Shown here in pieces: positions 8,868 to 18,539 of a DNA stretch of 64,000 nt. The stretch lies in the IMG/VR virus record IMGVR_UViG_3300048599_000194, positions 32,001-96,000 of that record. One strand, written 5' to 3'. The notes beneath the pieces were generated by a model. That model saw only the letters and a list, made by a program, of their open reading frames with translations, was not told the origin of the DNA and searched no databases. The stretch comes from a virus (taxonomy: Duplodnaviria; Heunggongvirae; Uroviricota; Caudoviricetes). The first letter of the stretch is position 1; the number at the start of each line of letters is the position of its first letter. The position numbers and the translations under genes were made by a program.

Positions 8868-9857
8868 TTATTTAGCGGTAAGCGTTAGGATGATTTCTGC
8901 GAACATTGATGCAATATTAATTTCCTTATCAATTACTGTATTGTGAGGAACCATGTGTTTGCGGATTGCGCATACAACCTTCATCTGCTTGATCGGGTCT
9001 TGAATTTTTCCAACGATATCATTCATTAGTGCAGTGAAAATGTCATTCTCTGGAGGCATAGAACAATATAAAGCTCTGGCCCCAACAAAATCTCCAGCAA
9101 TTAATAATTCTTGAAGTCTAGCATACTTATCAAATGAACTTCTGTTTGAAAAGTCAGTACCTGAAATTTCACCTTTTCTCAAATAGCAACTATATAAACG
9201 AGTCATCATCTTACGAGCATCAGGATAAAACTCTTTAATCAACGCCTGTAGAGTTTTAAGATCGTAATTAACTTTCTCCTGCTCGCAAATATGCTGAAGT
9301 CTTTGATACATATTCTTCTTCAGTTCATATCCTTCATCTTGTGTTTGGATAGAAAAGTCGAATACTTCAATTCTAGATTCAGAATACTCTGAGAAGTTCT
9401 GAAGACTGTTTGCAGTCATAATGAATCGAACTGATTCATTCAGCGATTCGAGTGTAGATAGTAGTGGATTAAGAAATGTCTTTTCATTAGACTTATCAGT
9501 TTCATCCAAAATAACAATCTTAGGTGCCTTAGAATATCCATTGAATGATCCCCATTCAATGATTTCATCCTTGATTGTTTCTTTGTTACCATCTTGAGAC
9601 GAATTGATCTTCTTATACTTAGTGTTATATCGTCTACACATTTCCATTGCTAGAACTTCAGCAGTTGTTGTCTTCATTAGACCTGCGCCCGATGAATGGA
9701 ACATCATATTTGGAAATTGCATTGGATGTTCAAGTGCATTTGCAAATACAGTCTTAAGTCTGTCTGGAAGTATAAGGTCATCTAGAGTTTGCGCCCTGTA
9801 TTTCTCACACCACACTGTATCTTTGAGTTCTGACATTATTATATCCTTGAAGGACAT
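8868..9857 (-). CDS. Clamp loader large subunit (T4 gp44-like AAA+)
   Basis: WCEKYR..TLDDLILP, Walker A-like GAGLMKTT, VILDETD, FIMTAN, SR, YPDARK. Confidence 0.9.
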   Translation of the reverse strand: MSFKDIIMSELKDTVWCEKYRAQTLDDLILPDRLKTVFANALEHPMQFPNMMFHSSGAGLMKTTTAEVLAMEMCRRYNTKYKKINSSQDGNKETIKDEIIEWGSFNGYSKAPKIVILDETDKSNEKTFLNPLLSTLESLNESVRFIMTANSLQNFSEYSESRIEVFDFSIQTQDEGYELKKNMYQRLQHICEQEKVNYDLKTLQALIKEFYPDARKMMTRLYSCYLRKGEISGTDFSNRSSFDKYARLQELLIAGDFVGARALYCSMPPENDIFTALMNDIVGKIQDPIKQMKVVCAIRKHMVPHNTVIDKEINIASMFAEIILTLTAK

Positions 9858-10645
9858 GAAGCATTAAACTTCACGTTTACGTTTTCGTGTAGAAATTCCC
9901 CAGTAAATGCAAGAATTCCTCGTCCCTCTACCCCAAATGCATATATCCTGGCATCGACATTAGTTGCCCTGAGAATATGAAAAAATGAATATGGGAATTT
10001 TGTTTCTGATGTTATATTTGCCGTGTCAAAATTCAAAACTTCTTCAGGTGCAAGGTCATATGTGTATTCACATATCTTATCGGACTCCGAAGTGAAGTTA
10101 ATCACGACGCCGTTTGAGTTCTTTGAAAACGAAAGAATTTCGGCCTTAAATTTAGAAGCCTTTTCATAAATCGCCTGTATTGTATCTCTAGATAAATCAA
10201 AACATAGCATCTTAGGAAGATCCTCGTCGGCCACCATAGCTGAAATATCTGCATATTGATTAAATCCATATCTAGAAGCGTATCTATCTTTGGCGCTCAG
10301 TCGATGATAAATGTTGGACTTTCCATTTTTTATCAATACTGAGTCAGTTCCACGATAAACCTGTCTAGTTAAAATTGGTTCACCCTTAGGAAAATCCTGA
10401 ATTTTCAAAGCGCCTAAGAATTCTTTGAAATTATGGAACGTGATCTCATTTTCTTCAAAAGAAAATGCAAAATCATCTAGCTCCATGTTCATTATGACAA
10501 TTCCCTTGTCCTCGTCGCATTTTCGAGAGGCAATCTTTCCATTCTCTCTAACAAAATACCAAGTCTGACCCATTGCGGTTGTAGTCAGACTTGCCATTAA
10601 ATTAAAGAAAATGGGCGAAATCGACAATTTAGTCTTATCACCCAT
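9839..10645 (-). CDS. Sliding clamp (T4 gp45-like)
   Basis: Directly upstream of gp44; FHNFKEFLGAL resembles gp45 IYDLNEFL; size fits. Confidence 0.65.
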   Translation of the reverse strand: MGDKTKLSISPIFFNLMASLTTTAMGQTWYFVRENGKIASRKCDEDKGIVIMNMELDDFAFSFEENEITFHNFKEFLGALKIQDFPKGEPILTRQVYRGTDSVLIKNGKSNIYHRLSAKDRYASRYGFNQYADISAMVADEDLPKMLCFDLSRDTIQAIYEKASKFKAEILSFSKNSNGVVINFTSESDKICEYTYDLAPEEVLNFDTANITSETKFPYSFFHILRATNVDARIYAFGVEGRGILAFTGEFLHENVNVKFNASCPSRI

Positions 10646-10657
10646 ATCATCTACTCC

Positions 10658-11179
10658 TTACTTTGAAGTTGAACCTAATCCGCCAATTCTTTCTCCACCT
10701 ACAGTATCTTCATCGTCGTCTGAAACTAGATACTTAGTGAAAATTCCCTGAGCAAATGATTCACCTGCTGGAATTACGACCTGATAATTGTTCGGGTTTC
10801 TAATCTTAACGAAGATTTCCTTTAAGTAATCAGCGTCAATAATTCCGGTTGAATTTGCCAATCTAACACTATGCTTAAAACCATGTCCACTTCTAACAAA
10901 AACACTAAAAACTTCATCATCTTGCATATATGCAATAATACCAGTTGAAATCTTCTCACTTGTTTGATTCGGCTGGAGGACGATGTCCTCTCCAGTGTTG
11001 TTGAAGAGGTCATATCCTGCGGAGCATCGAGTGGCTCTGCGAGGCATCTTAAAGCCTTCAACTGCGGCCACCGAGCTAGTCTCTGCGGGGTAGAACCCTC
11101 GCACCCTAGGGCGGTCGCTAAGTAGCTTAGGGGTTGCTAGAATGGGGAGGTCAAGGGTCTGTTGAGTTAAGTCGTTCAT
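10658..11179 (-). CDS. dut: Trimeric dUTPase
   Basis: SAGYDL, RSG, GIIDADY, AQGIF, RIGGLGST. Confidence 0.95.
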   Translation of the reverse strand: MNDLTQQTLDLPILATPKLLSDRPRVRGFYPAETSSVAAVEGFKMPRRATRCSAGYDLFNNTGEDIVLQPNQTSEKISTGIIAYMQDDEVFSVFVRSGHGFKHSVRLANSTGIIDADYLKEIFVKIRNPNNYQVVIPAGESFAQGIFTKYLVSDDDEDTVGGERIGGLGSTSK

Positions 11180-11196
11180 ACTCTGATTGTAGCAAT

Positions 11197-11228
11197 AAAA
11201 AAGGAGCGAGGCTCATGCCTCACCCCTT
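11197..11228 (-). terminator. Rho-independent terminator after NAMPT
   Basis: GGGGTGAGGC-ATGA-GCCTCGCTCC then T6 on the - strand. Confidence 0.75.
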
Positions 11229-11251
11229 GGAAGTACTAAGTGGCCCCGTAC

Positions 11252-12676
11252 TTATTCTACAGCAAGTGCCCGAATATCGTCATACTTCGGATGTATGAGA
11301 ATTTCGCCGTTCTCAAAAATAACTTCCATTTCGTCCACTGCATCAGCATAGTCAGCATCGACAGCAGTTACAGTCCTGAAGTTATCTCCATCCTTTACCA
11401 GCTTCATATTTCCCTTCTTCGAAGTCTTGAAGCTGTATACTAGTTCCCCGTCCTTATTAATTTCAACAGGGGTCTTTTCGATGTATCGAATTTCACCGTC
11501 AACATCAACTTCGCAACACTTAATTGCAAAATTGAAATCGTCTCGATTGAAATCCTGCAAGAGCTTCCCACCCGAACCGAATCCAATATTATCAGCCGAC
11601 CATCCTGCGAGCTTAAGAGTCTCAAGAATATGTGCAATGCTCATTCTAGAAACACCATCTCCCTGAATGACTCGAATATAATCAGGTAGTACCTTATATC
11701 CCTTGTCGTTCACTGTATATCCGAAGATACTTCCCAACTTTTCGATAACAGCCAAATCAGTTCTAGCTGGATCTCCGGAATCGGGGCGAATTACCAATCG
11801 GCCCTTACGATTCTCAATCTTGTGCTTGAGAGTCCCCCACTTATCACAAGCCTCAAGAATATGGAACGAATCAGAAACGCATGCAACGATTCCTTCTGGG
11901 TAGGTATCAAGCATATTCTCAAATGCAAGAACCTCGCCTTCTCTACCCCAACTAGTAATTGTGCTATGCTCACTGGCGGGAACAGAATAGCCAATCATAG
12001 TGTCAGTATTGTAGATTTCCTGTGCAAAGAAAATACCAGATACCGTGTCGGTGCCCATGAACGAAAGCATGTGAGCCGAGGCACCAATAGCCGCAGTTTC
12101 CTCAGACGAGACTCCCCGGTATCCAAAATCATGACACTTAAACCAAATGTCTTCGGGGGTTCCGGTTTCATCCAAATACTTGAGAATAATCTTACGAATT
12201 TCAGCCGAATTAGTCGCAACCGTACAAGGATACCATACCTTCATTAGGAGAGTCTCAATGAAGTTGGTAAGCCACCAACAGTTATCGTCAGTGTTCTCAA
12301 TAACCATGAGAACATTATGATTGCGAACCTTGGTACCTTCCTTAATTGCGCGAATTCTAATTGGTAGCTTGCCGCCGTGGTTCTTAACGATGTAATCCCA
12401 ATACGAACGATCAAAAACCTTGTATCCAAAATGGGCGTCCCAGAATTTCTCTGCCTTATCCACGTCGGACTTGGTCACAACAACGCCCTGCAAATAAGCC
12501 TTTAGCTTATAGTAGATACCATACCATAGAACATAATCAGCAATAGTGCTACCACGAGCCACCATGTGTGAGATTACCTTCCGAGTTTTCTTAGGGTACT
12601 GCTTCGCATGACTTGCCTTATACGAGTCAGTTGCGACTGCAATGCTCATTCCTAGCATCTTCCATACATTATACAT
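11252..12676 (-). CDS. nadV: Nicotinamide phosphoribosyltransferase (NadV/NAMPT)
   Basis: TDSYKASH, HDFGYRG, SVPASEHS, VSDS, IRPDSGDP, IQGDG, FGSGGKLLQ; start moved to ATG 12676, which has an AGGAG SD. Confidence 0.95.
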   Translation of the reverse strand: MYNVWKMLGMSIAVATDSYKASHAKQYPKKTRKVISHMVARGSTIADYVLWYGIYYKLKAYLQGVVVTKSDVDKAEKFWDAHFGYKVFDRSYWDYIVKNHGGKLPIRIRAIKEGTKVRNHNVLMVIENTDDNCWWLTNFIETLLMKVWYPCTVATNSAEIRKIILKYLDETGTPEDIWFKCHDFGYRGVSSEETAAIGASAHMLSFMGTDTVSGIFFAQEIYNTDTMIGYSVPASEHSTITSWGREGEVLAFENMLDTYPEGIVACVSDSFHILEACDKWGTLKHKIENRKGRLVIRPDSGDPARTDLAVIEKLGSIFGYTVNDKGYKVLPDYIRVIQGDGVSRMSIAHILETLKLAGWSADNIGFGSGGKLLQDFNRDDFNFAIKCCEVDVDGEIRYIEKTPVEINKDGELVYSFKTSKKGNMKLVKDGDNFRTVTAVDADYADAVDEMEVIFENGEILIHPKYDDIRALAVE

Positions 12677-13922
12677 TTTCAGATTCTCCTTCGGGTGTGA
12701 TGTCTTCTTTATTTGAATTTGCATCTTCCAATGCTCTTCTAATTTCAGTTGAAGATATTGGACAGTTAAAATCTTCATAAAACTGAAGATTATTAGCCTT
12801 TATTTTATCGTTTATTGCCTGTTGACGACCAAATACCTTGAAAGTCGCGCCTTCGAACATTGCATTGAATATTTTATTTCCGCTCCTAGATACAATGTCA
12901 CTAAAAGAATCATAGTGCCTAGCCATGTTATGGTCGTCAATGAAAATACTTATAGATTCTTCCTCTAAAACTGAAAAATCAGAGTCGCAATAACACTTAA
13001 TGATTCTATTATATGTATCCACGCCCATGATTAAATCTATGGGAAGTCCTGTTCGATTATGAAGATACGAGAAGTTATCGAAAAAGTAACCATTATCGAA
13101 AATAGCTACCAAAAAACCCTTGGCGTTTATCTGAGTGATCCTACGACATAGCGAATCAACATCGACCCCGCCCTTTTCGTATGTGTTTTTAGAAATTGCA
13201 AAGATTAAAAGAGTGTCATCATCTTTCACCCGATATGCGATTTCAATGTGACCTTCATGAATTGGATTAAACGATCCCTTATACAATGCAATTTTCTTAT
13301 ATTTCCTGGAATAATCTTCTAATCTAACGGCCTCTTCTCCATCGAATAATACCATCCCTGCAGACTTGAACAATCTATCGTCGGGAATATAGTCTAAGTA
13401 ATCGCAACGATTTGAAAGAATCACATTCTGTACTTCTTCGCCGAAATTCTCAATCGCACCTATTCTATCTAGGAAATTACCATATCTATTTGCAAACGTA
13501 AGATGGAAACTGAAAGAATCCCAGTGAATTTCACTCCCAATTTGATATTTCGACATCATTTTAACGCATACCCATCCATGTGGGACCCTATTATCGTCGG
13601 GATTTGATTTAATTTGCGAAGAAGTGACTATCACTGCGTTAAATTTCTGATTAAATATCGGAGTTTCACCGAGCTTCGAAATTACAGCATCTGCAATTGC
13701 TTCAACTGCCTCCTTCGACACCATTCGATGTTCACCGATATAATCACCGTAAATATCCTTTGCACTGCCATATGGACTTTCGGTGTGATATACTACTTCG
13801 GATGCACCAGGACATGCGTATAGTCCTTGGGCAATTGGACATCCTGCTCCAATTTCGACAATATATGCCTTGCGATTGTGCAGTTTTAGGTAATCTTTAA
13901 GTGCCTGTAGCTTTTTCATCAA
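12669..13922 (-). CDS. CinA/PncC-like domain fused to an NMN/NaMN adenylyltransferase
   Basis: N-terminal PGAS...SPY...MVSKEAVEAIA (CinA-like); C-terminal GSFNPIHEGH, MGVDT, ISSTEIR (HxGH nucleotidyltransferase). Confidence 0.8.
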   Translation of the reverse strand: MMKKLQALKDYLKLHNRKAYIVEIGAGCPIAQGLYACPGASEVVYHTESPYGSAKDIYGDYIGEHRMVSKEAVEAIADAVISKLGETPIFNQKFNAVIVTSSQIKSNPDDNRVPHGWVCVKMMSKYQIGSEIHWDSFSFHLTFANRYGNFLDRIGAIENFGEEVQNVILSNRCDYLDYIPDDRLFKSAGMVLFDGEEAVRLEDYSRKYKKIALYKGSFNPIHEGHIEIAYRVKDDDTLLIFAISKNTYEKGGVDVDSLCRRITQINAKGFLVAIFDNGYFFDNFSYLHNRTGLPIDLIMGVDTYNRIIKCYCDSDFSVLEEESISIFIDDHNMARHYDSFSDIVSRSGNKIFNAMFEGATFKVFGRQQAINDKIKANNLQFYEDFNCPISSTEIRRALEDANSNKEDITPEGESENV

Positions 13923-14473
13923 GCCCCCATGTATCTTTTAAGTGCGTTTAGTAGAATAATATGAGAGCCTTGAAGAATCTGAGTGGCGTCGGGAGATTCA
14001 ATCTTCTTAAACCTATCGTCAAGAGAAAACCATGCGGTAGTTTCAATTTCAGGGTCGATTGGAGCCGATTCTCCAATCTTAACATCCTCAACCCGAGTCT
14101 TCAGTATAAAGAAATGGGTTCTAATTGCATGGGGGGTGTTCTCATAGCGTCCATCTGGAATTTTGAAATCTCCAATGTATCGAAGATCGTTAATATTTGC
14201 AACAATTCCAGTTTCCTCTCGCAGTTCGCGAATTGCGTCCTCTGCGTCACAGTCTGAGGTTGGATCGGTAAATCCGCCAATAATACACCACTTACCACTA
14301 GCTCGCTTCTTACCTAGAAGGATCTTATTTGCATAAGGATCCACAATTGCAATATCTACCGTAGAAAATGCAGTAGGCCAGGGAAGATATGGGCGATTCA
14401 CATCGCATAAGATCAATCCATATGTTCCGAAAAAATTGTTTAGTTTGACCTTTAGCCAGTTAGGAAAGTTCAT
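13919..14473 (-). CDS. Nudix hydrolase (ADP-ribose pyrophosphatase-like)
   Basis: TVDIAI, GGFTD...AIRELREETG Nudix box. Confidence 0.9.
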   Translation of the reverse strand: MNFPNWLKVKLNNFFGTYGLILCDVNRPYLPWPTAFSTVDIAIVDPYANKILLGKKRASGKWCIIGGFTDPTSDCDAEDAIRELREETGIVANINDLRYIGDFKIPDGRYENTPHAIRTHFFILKTRVEDVKIGESAPIDPEIETTAWFSLDDRFKKIESPDATQILQGSHIILLNALKRYMGA

Positions 14474-14519
14474 GTAACACCTTTCTTTTTTTGAAAGATA
14501 CTACATAGTTATTCATGCG

Positions 14520-15308
14520 TCAACCAAAAACTTCGGCAATCGGGCTTTTCGACACATCTAATATTTCATATATTGTTTCATTGATATTTGCATCATATGA
14601 TTCAATTCTCGGATGTATCCCACCTTCAATTCTAATAGTATTTGGGTCTACGTCGTCTGGCTTATTAAGAATACACGGGAATATTGTGATTTCAGAAAAA
14701 TCAAATATAACTTTACTGGGGTCAAATGTCAAAATACTATCAGCTATTGCACACGAATCAACAAATACATTTGACTTAGTGGTTGGAATTAGCATCAATT
14801 CAGGGAGATTTAATGGATCTCCTATAATCCCATTAGCCTGCATAATTGTTGCTATTAATGGCGAAACTATTAAAATGTTTTCCGATGTTGTCTTCTTAAG
14901 GAGATCTAATAATAAATCTTTATCAGTGAATAATCCATCTCTTTTATATTGAACCTTCTTTTTAAGAGCGAGTGATCTTATTTTACTAATTAATACCCTA
15001 GTAAATTCATACATGAATTCATATGATATTGCTTCATCAGAACTACCCTCTCCATGAAATCGATTAATCTCAAGGTAAGTTGATTTTGGAATCGACGCTG
15101 TAATATTTCTAATAGCTTCAGTAAAATTTGGGGTTATTTCTCCATAAAAGGAATGACGACATATCACGTCAAAAATTCTTTCGAGAATCTCATCTGAAAT
15201 GGAAAGCTCTTTCGCTTTTCTGAGACTTAGTCCTTTATATTTTTTTGCAATATTAGGATTGTAATCCTTGCTTCTCAATTCTAGTGATACTTTTGCTCCG
15301 TGAATCAT
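14520..15308 (-). CDS. Truncated gp23/gp24-like capsid-fold paralogue
   Basis: Collinear motif matches to this phage's own gp23 (see findings). Confidence 0.55.
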   Translation of the reverse strand: MIHGAKVSLELRSKDYNPNIAKKYKGLSLRKAKELSISDEILERIFDVICRHSFYGEITPNFTEAIRNITASIPKSTYLEINRFHGEGSSDEAISYEFMYEFTRVLISKIRSLALKKKVQYKRDGLFTDKDLLLDLLKKTTSENILIVSPLIATIMQANGIIGDPLNLPELMLIPTTKSNVFVDSCAIADSILTFDPSKVIFDFSEITIFPCILNKPDDVDPNTIRIEGGIHPRIESYDANINETIYEILDVSKSPIAEVFG

Positions 15309-15637
15309 TTACGCTCCCTGTATTCTAATGCCTGAATATCATCTACACTTTGATAATCTTCATTCACTTTTGATCCATCTACGGTCAATACAAATGAATC
15401 CCAATCATGTGGCTTTTCCCCAGTATGGTATAATTCAAAAGGAGCTTTTCTATCTCCACAAGCCAAATATACCTTACCGCTCTCACCATCCGTCACTATG
15501 CCATTCAAATCAAGTGATTGTAATTCATATTGTCCGTCATATTCAATGGTGTAAAGCCCCACTCGCATTTCAGTGTCAAGTGGGACTCCATTTTCCATCA
15601 AATACTGTAGAACATTATACAATTTTGCGATGATCAT
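15305..15637 (-). CDS. Hypothetical protein
   Basis: 110 aa, translationally coupled to neighbours. Confidence 0.6.
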   Translation of the reverse strand: MIIAKLYNVLQYLMENGVPLDTEMRVGLYTIEYDGQYELQSLDLNGIVTDGESGKVYLACGDRKAPFELYHTGEKPHDWDSFVLTVDGSKVNEDYQSVDDIQALEYRERK

Positions 15638-16002
15638 TATTTGCTAGGTACGCTACGTTTCATAGAATCACCCGTTGCCCTGCGATGCGATTTAATTAGA
15701 ATTCTAGAATCAACAGGATCTACAACTAATGATGGTGATGCAGTTAAAACCATCCAATGATCCCATTTACCTTCACTATACAATTCAAGTCCACGTCCGG
15801 CCTTTGCGTATTTTTCTGGAATAAGGGAAACGGTTTGGGCCACTCCCCCTTCTACCTCTCTAACGAGAAGGCAAGATCTGAAATTACCCTTAACTACACC
15901 AGTTTCGTCTTGCTTTGTATTCACGTTCATGTTAATTTTCCTGAGCCTTTCTGATTTTCTCTTGGATTCTTTCTTCTGCTTCTCTGCGATCTTCGTAGCC
16001 AC
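15637..16002 (-). CDS. Hypothetical protein
   Basis: 121 aa ORF in the operon; true start may be downstream. Confidence 0.55.
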   Translation of the reverse strand: MATKIAEKQKKESKRKSERLRKINMNVNTKQDETGVVKGNFRSCLLVREVEGGVAQTVSLIPEKYAKAGRGLELYSEGKWDHWMVLTASPSLVVDPVDSRILIKSHRRATGDSMKRSVPSK

Positions 16003-17536
16003 TCATATCGACTCTGATATATTTGGAGAATATTGGATATTCAGCCTCAATCAGCTTGAAAAAATTCTGTGCAAGTCTACGATACGAATAATGCCCAGCC
16101 TGTCCACTCCTCAATTCAATGAAATATGCAAGCTGTCTGAAGTCGCAGTTGTAAATAACATTGATATTAGTTCCCAAAATTAAGAAATATCCTGCAACGA
16201 ATCTATCTTTAATATAAAGTTTTCCAATTACGTCCTTAATTCTCTCACATAGTGCAATATATTCTATCTTCAGTTCACTTGCTGATTCATCTTCAAGTAA
16301 ATCTGGGATGCTATATCCATATGAAGGACACCAATCAGATGGGATCTGTGTTCCCACTCTATGTCGCTGTACATCTCGATATGCGCCAATATCTATACAA
16401 AATCTAAACATGTGATCGCCAACAGCAGTCCACTTAGGAAATTCATCATGCGCTCCACGAGAACTCATATACTCGTCAATCGCCTCTAGCACAGTATCAT
16501 ACTCTAAATTACTAGGGTCAAAAATCCCACACGATGCAATAAAAGCAGTCATCATTCCGGCAGAATAATGCTCTCCGTCGAAGGGGGCCATCGTCAGATT
16601 CTGACCAACCTGTGAATCATTAATCGATTGCGCCGCTTTCTCCCTCAACTTAATCGCGATTGGATTATTTCGAGTTACAGAAAATTCATTAGCTGAGACG
16701 TGTTTGAGAAGTCCTGGATTAATTTTGATACATTCTTCTTTGATCTTATTAGCAAGATCCCTGATTTCCTGCTCAGGAGATGCAAATAATTCAGACAACC
16801 ATCTCTCTGTTTCTCTCGTAGGTAATGTAACCCCTAGTGAAGTCTTTACGCTAGTAGGTAGCAGATATCTCGCCTCATCGAATGCCTTGGCATTACAAGT
16901 ACGAATCCATGCGGCTTCTGTCTTAAAATCTTCACGAGAAATCTTACTCTTGAAGAAGTCAATACCAAATGCCAGCACCTTTCGATACATCTTCATCGAA
17001 TCGATTAGGATTTGCTTCTCAACATCTGTTACATATTCTGAATCTGGAATATAAAAATTATCTTCAGAGAAATCCATATATCGAGTAGATTTCTCCTGAA
17101 ATGCACCCAGTGATGAATTCTCAAGGATCTTAGTTGATCTAATGGATACATTTTCAATGGCTAATCTATCTACTGCAGAATCCTTGAGTGAATTATGTCC
17201 ATAATCCACCGCCCATTTACGCATGAAGTTCTCAGCCTTCGCCAATACAACTGCGTAAATTTCAGATGAATTTGCGTCTCCAATTAAATCGTATAGCAAC
17301 GCAGAATATTCATCCTCGTTGGAAGTCATTTCCTTGAAAATAGCAAGGAATCTATCTCGCATAGTTAAGTTAGATCTTGAATATCCGCCTTCTAAGAATG
17401 CCCAAAGTGAAGTTGGCATTGCATCTGTAGCCGCATACACATTACTATCTAAATTCGTGAAGAACTTTAAGAGTACCTTAGTTTCTAGTTGATTGTACAC
17501 GTCTACGCCTTCTTGAATTCTGTTTGTCGATTGCAT
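15932..17536 (-). CDS. thyX: Flavin-dependent thymidylate synthase, long tandem-domain form
   Basis: YSRS, YGHNS, QEKSTRY, ARYLLP in domain 1; RDVQRHR, ELRSGQAGHYSYR in domain 2. Confidence 0.9.
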   Translation of the reverse strand: MQSTNRIQEGVDVYNQLETKVLLKFFTNLDSNVYAATDAMPTSLWAFLEGGYSRSNLTMRDRFLAIFKEMTSNEDEYSALLYDLIGDANSSEIYAVVLAKAENFMRKWAVDYGHNSLKDSAVDRLAIENVSIRSTKILENSSLGAFQEKSTRYMDFSEDNFYIPDSEYVTDVEKQILIDSMKMYRKVLAFGIDFFKSKISREDFKTEAAWIRTCNAKAFDEARYLLPTSVKTSLGVTLPTRETERWLSELFASPEQEIRDLANKIKEECIKINPGLLKHVSANEFSVTRNNPIAIKLREKAAQSINDSQVGQNLTMAPFDGEHYSAGMMTAFIASCGIFDPSNLEYDTVLEAIDEYMSSRGAHDEFPKWTAVGDHMFRFCIDIGAYRDVQRHRVGTQIPSDWCPSYGYSIPDLLEDESASELKIEYIALCERIKDVIGKLYIKDRFVAGYFLILGTNINVIYNCDFRQLAYFIELRSGQAGHYSYRRLAQNFFKLIEAEYPIFSKYIRVDMSGYEDRREAEERIQEKIRKAQEN

Positions 17537-18197
17537 TTTGCATCTCTTCTCTTCGTTGAATTATCATCAGATCAATTGGATCTGGCTCTGGATCTGGGTG
17601 ATTATTAATCCATTCAGTAACATTCTCAACTTCAAGTGCAAACTCTGCATTAAATTGATCAAAATACGACTGATCAATTTCATACTTAGATCGCCTACCG
17701 TACCATACAATTCCAGTTCCATCTGGCAGGTAAGAGTTTCTAAGCTGTATGTACGGATCTATGTTCGCTTCGTCACAATTCGTGATGTAAATCTCGGCAA
17801 CCGACATTGACTGTAGTCGATCAGTAGGTGTAATTTGCAACCCTTCCATTCGCTGTATTGTATTCTCTACATATACATCTGGAACAACAAAAGCCGCAAT
17901 TGGATTTCCATCTTCATCATGACTCTTATAGAACCAGTCTCCTGGTTCATTTGCTCTTGCATAAAAACCTTCACTGAAACTATTATCGTATAAAATCATA
18001 TAGGCATCATAGCCTTCGTCAAATGTAATTCTGTAATTCTCAGAAGTGTCATTCTTGAGATATTCAAGAAATTCAACAAATGTTAGATATTTGTCGCTGA
18101 GCCAAAACTTAAATCTAGAGAAGATTGAACGCTTCGATCCGTCTTCAAATGTTTCTCCGCCTATCTTCAGCTTAACTGATAGACTAAAATCAATCAT
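17478..18197 (-). CDS. Hypothetical protein
   Basis: 239 aa, SD GGAG. Confidence 0.65.
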   Translation of the reverse strand: MIDFSLSVKLKIGGETFEDGSKRSIFSRFKFWLSDKYLTFVEFLEYLKNDTSENYRITFDEGYDAYMILYDNSFSEGFYARANEPGDWFYKSHDEDGNPIAAFVVPDVYVENTIQRMEGLQITPTDRLQSMSVAEIYITNCDEANIDPYIQLRNSYLPDGTGIVWYGRRSKYEIDQSYFDQFNAEFALEVENVTEWINNHPDPEPDPIDLMIIQRREEMQNAIDKQNSRRRRRVQSTRN

Positions 18198-18212
18198 CTC
18201 TTTTTTCTCCGA

Positions 18213-18539
18213 TTAAATTTCTAACAATGAAAGCATCTCAAGATCTAGAGAAGTAGGATCCTTCAATTGGACAGAATACTTAGTCTTAAGAGCATCATAA
18301 ATTAATACCGGAACTTCAACAATCAATTTAGGGATTGAGGTTGCCTCTACTTCGAGATTCCACACTAACCCATTTTCATTTGCTGTGAAATTTAATCCCT
18401 CAGTTGAAATCTCTGAATCCTTTGGAGCCAAATATCCAATGAATCCATCGGCTTCCTTGATGAGTGCGGTGGTTGACGGGAGGCTACCGATAGCTTCGAT
18501 GAGCCAGAGTCTCTGGGAAAGATTAAGTGTGATATTCAT
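18213..18539 (-). CDS. Hypothetical protein
   Basis: 108 aa, ATGA-coupled. Confidence 0.6.
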   Translation of the reverse strand: MNITLNLSQRLWLIEAIGSLPSTTALIKEADGFIGYLAPKDSEISTEGLNFTANENGLVWNLEVEATSIPKLIVEVPVLIYDALKTKYSVQLKDPTSLDLEMLSLLEI

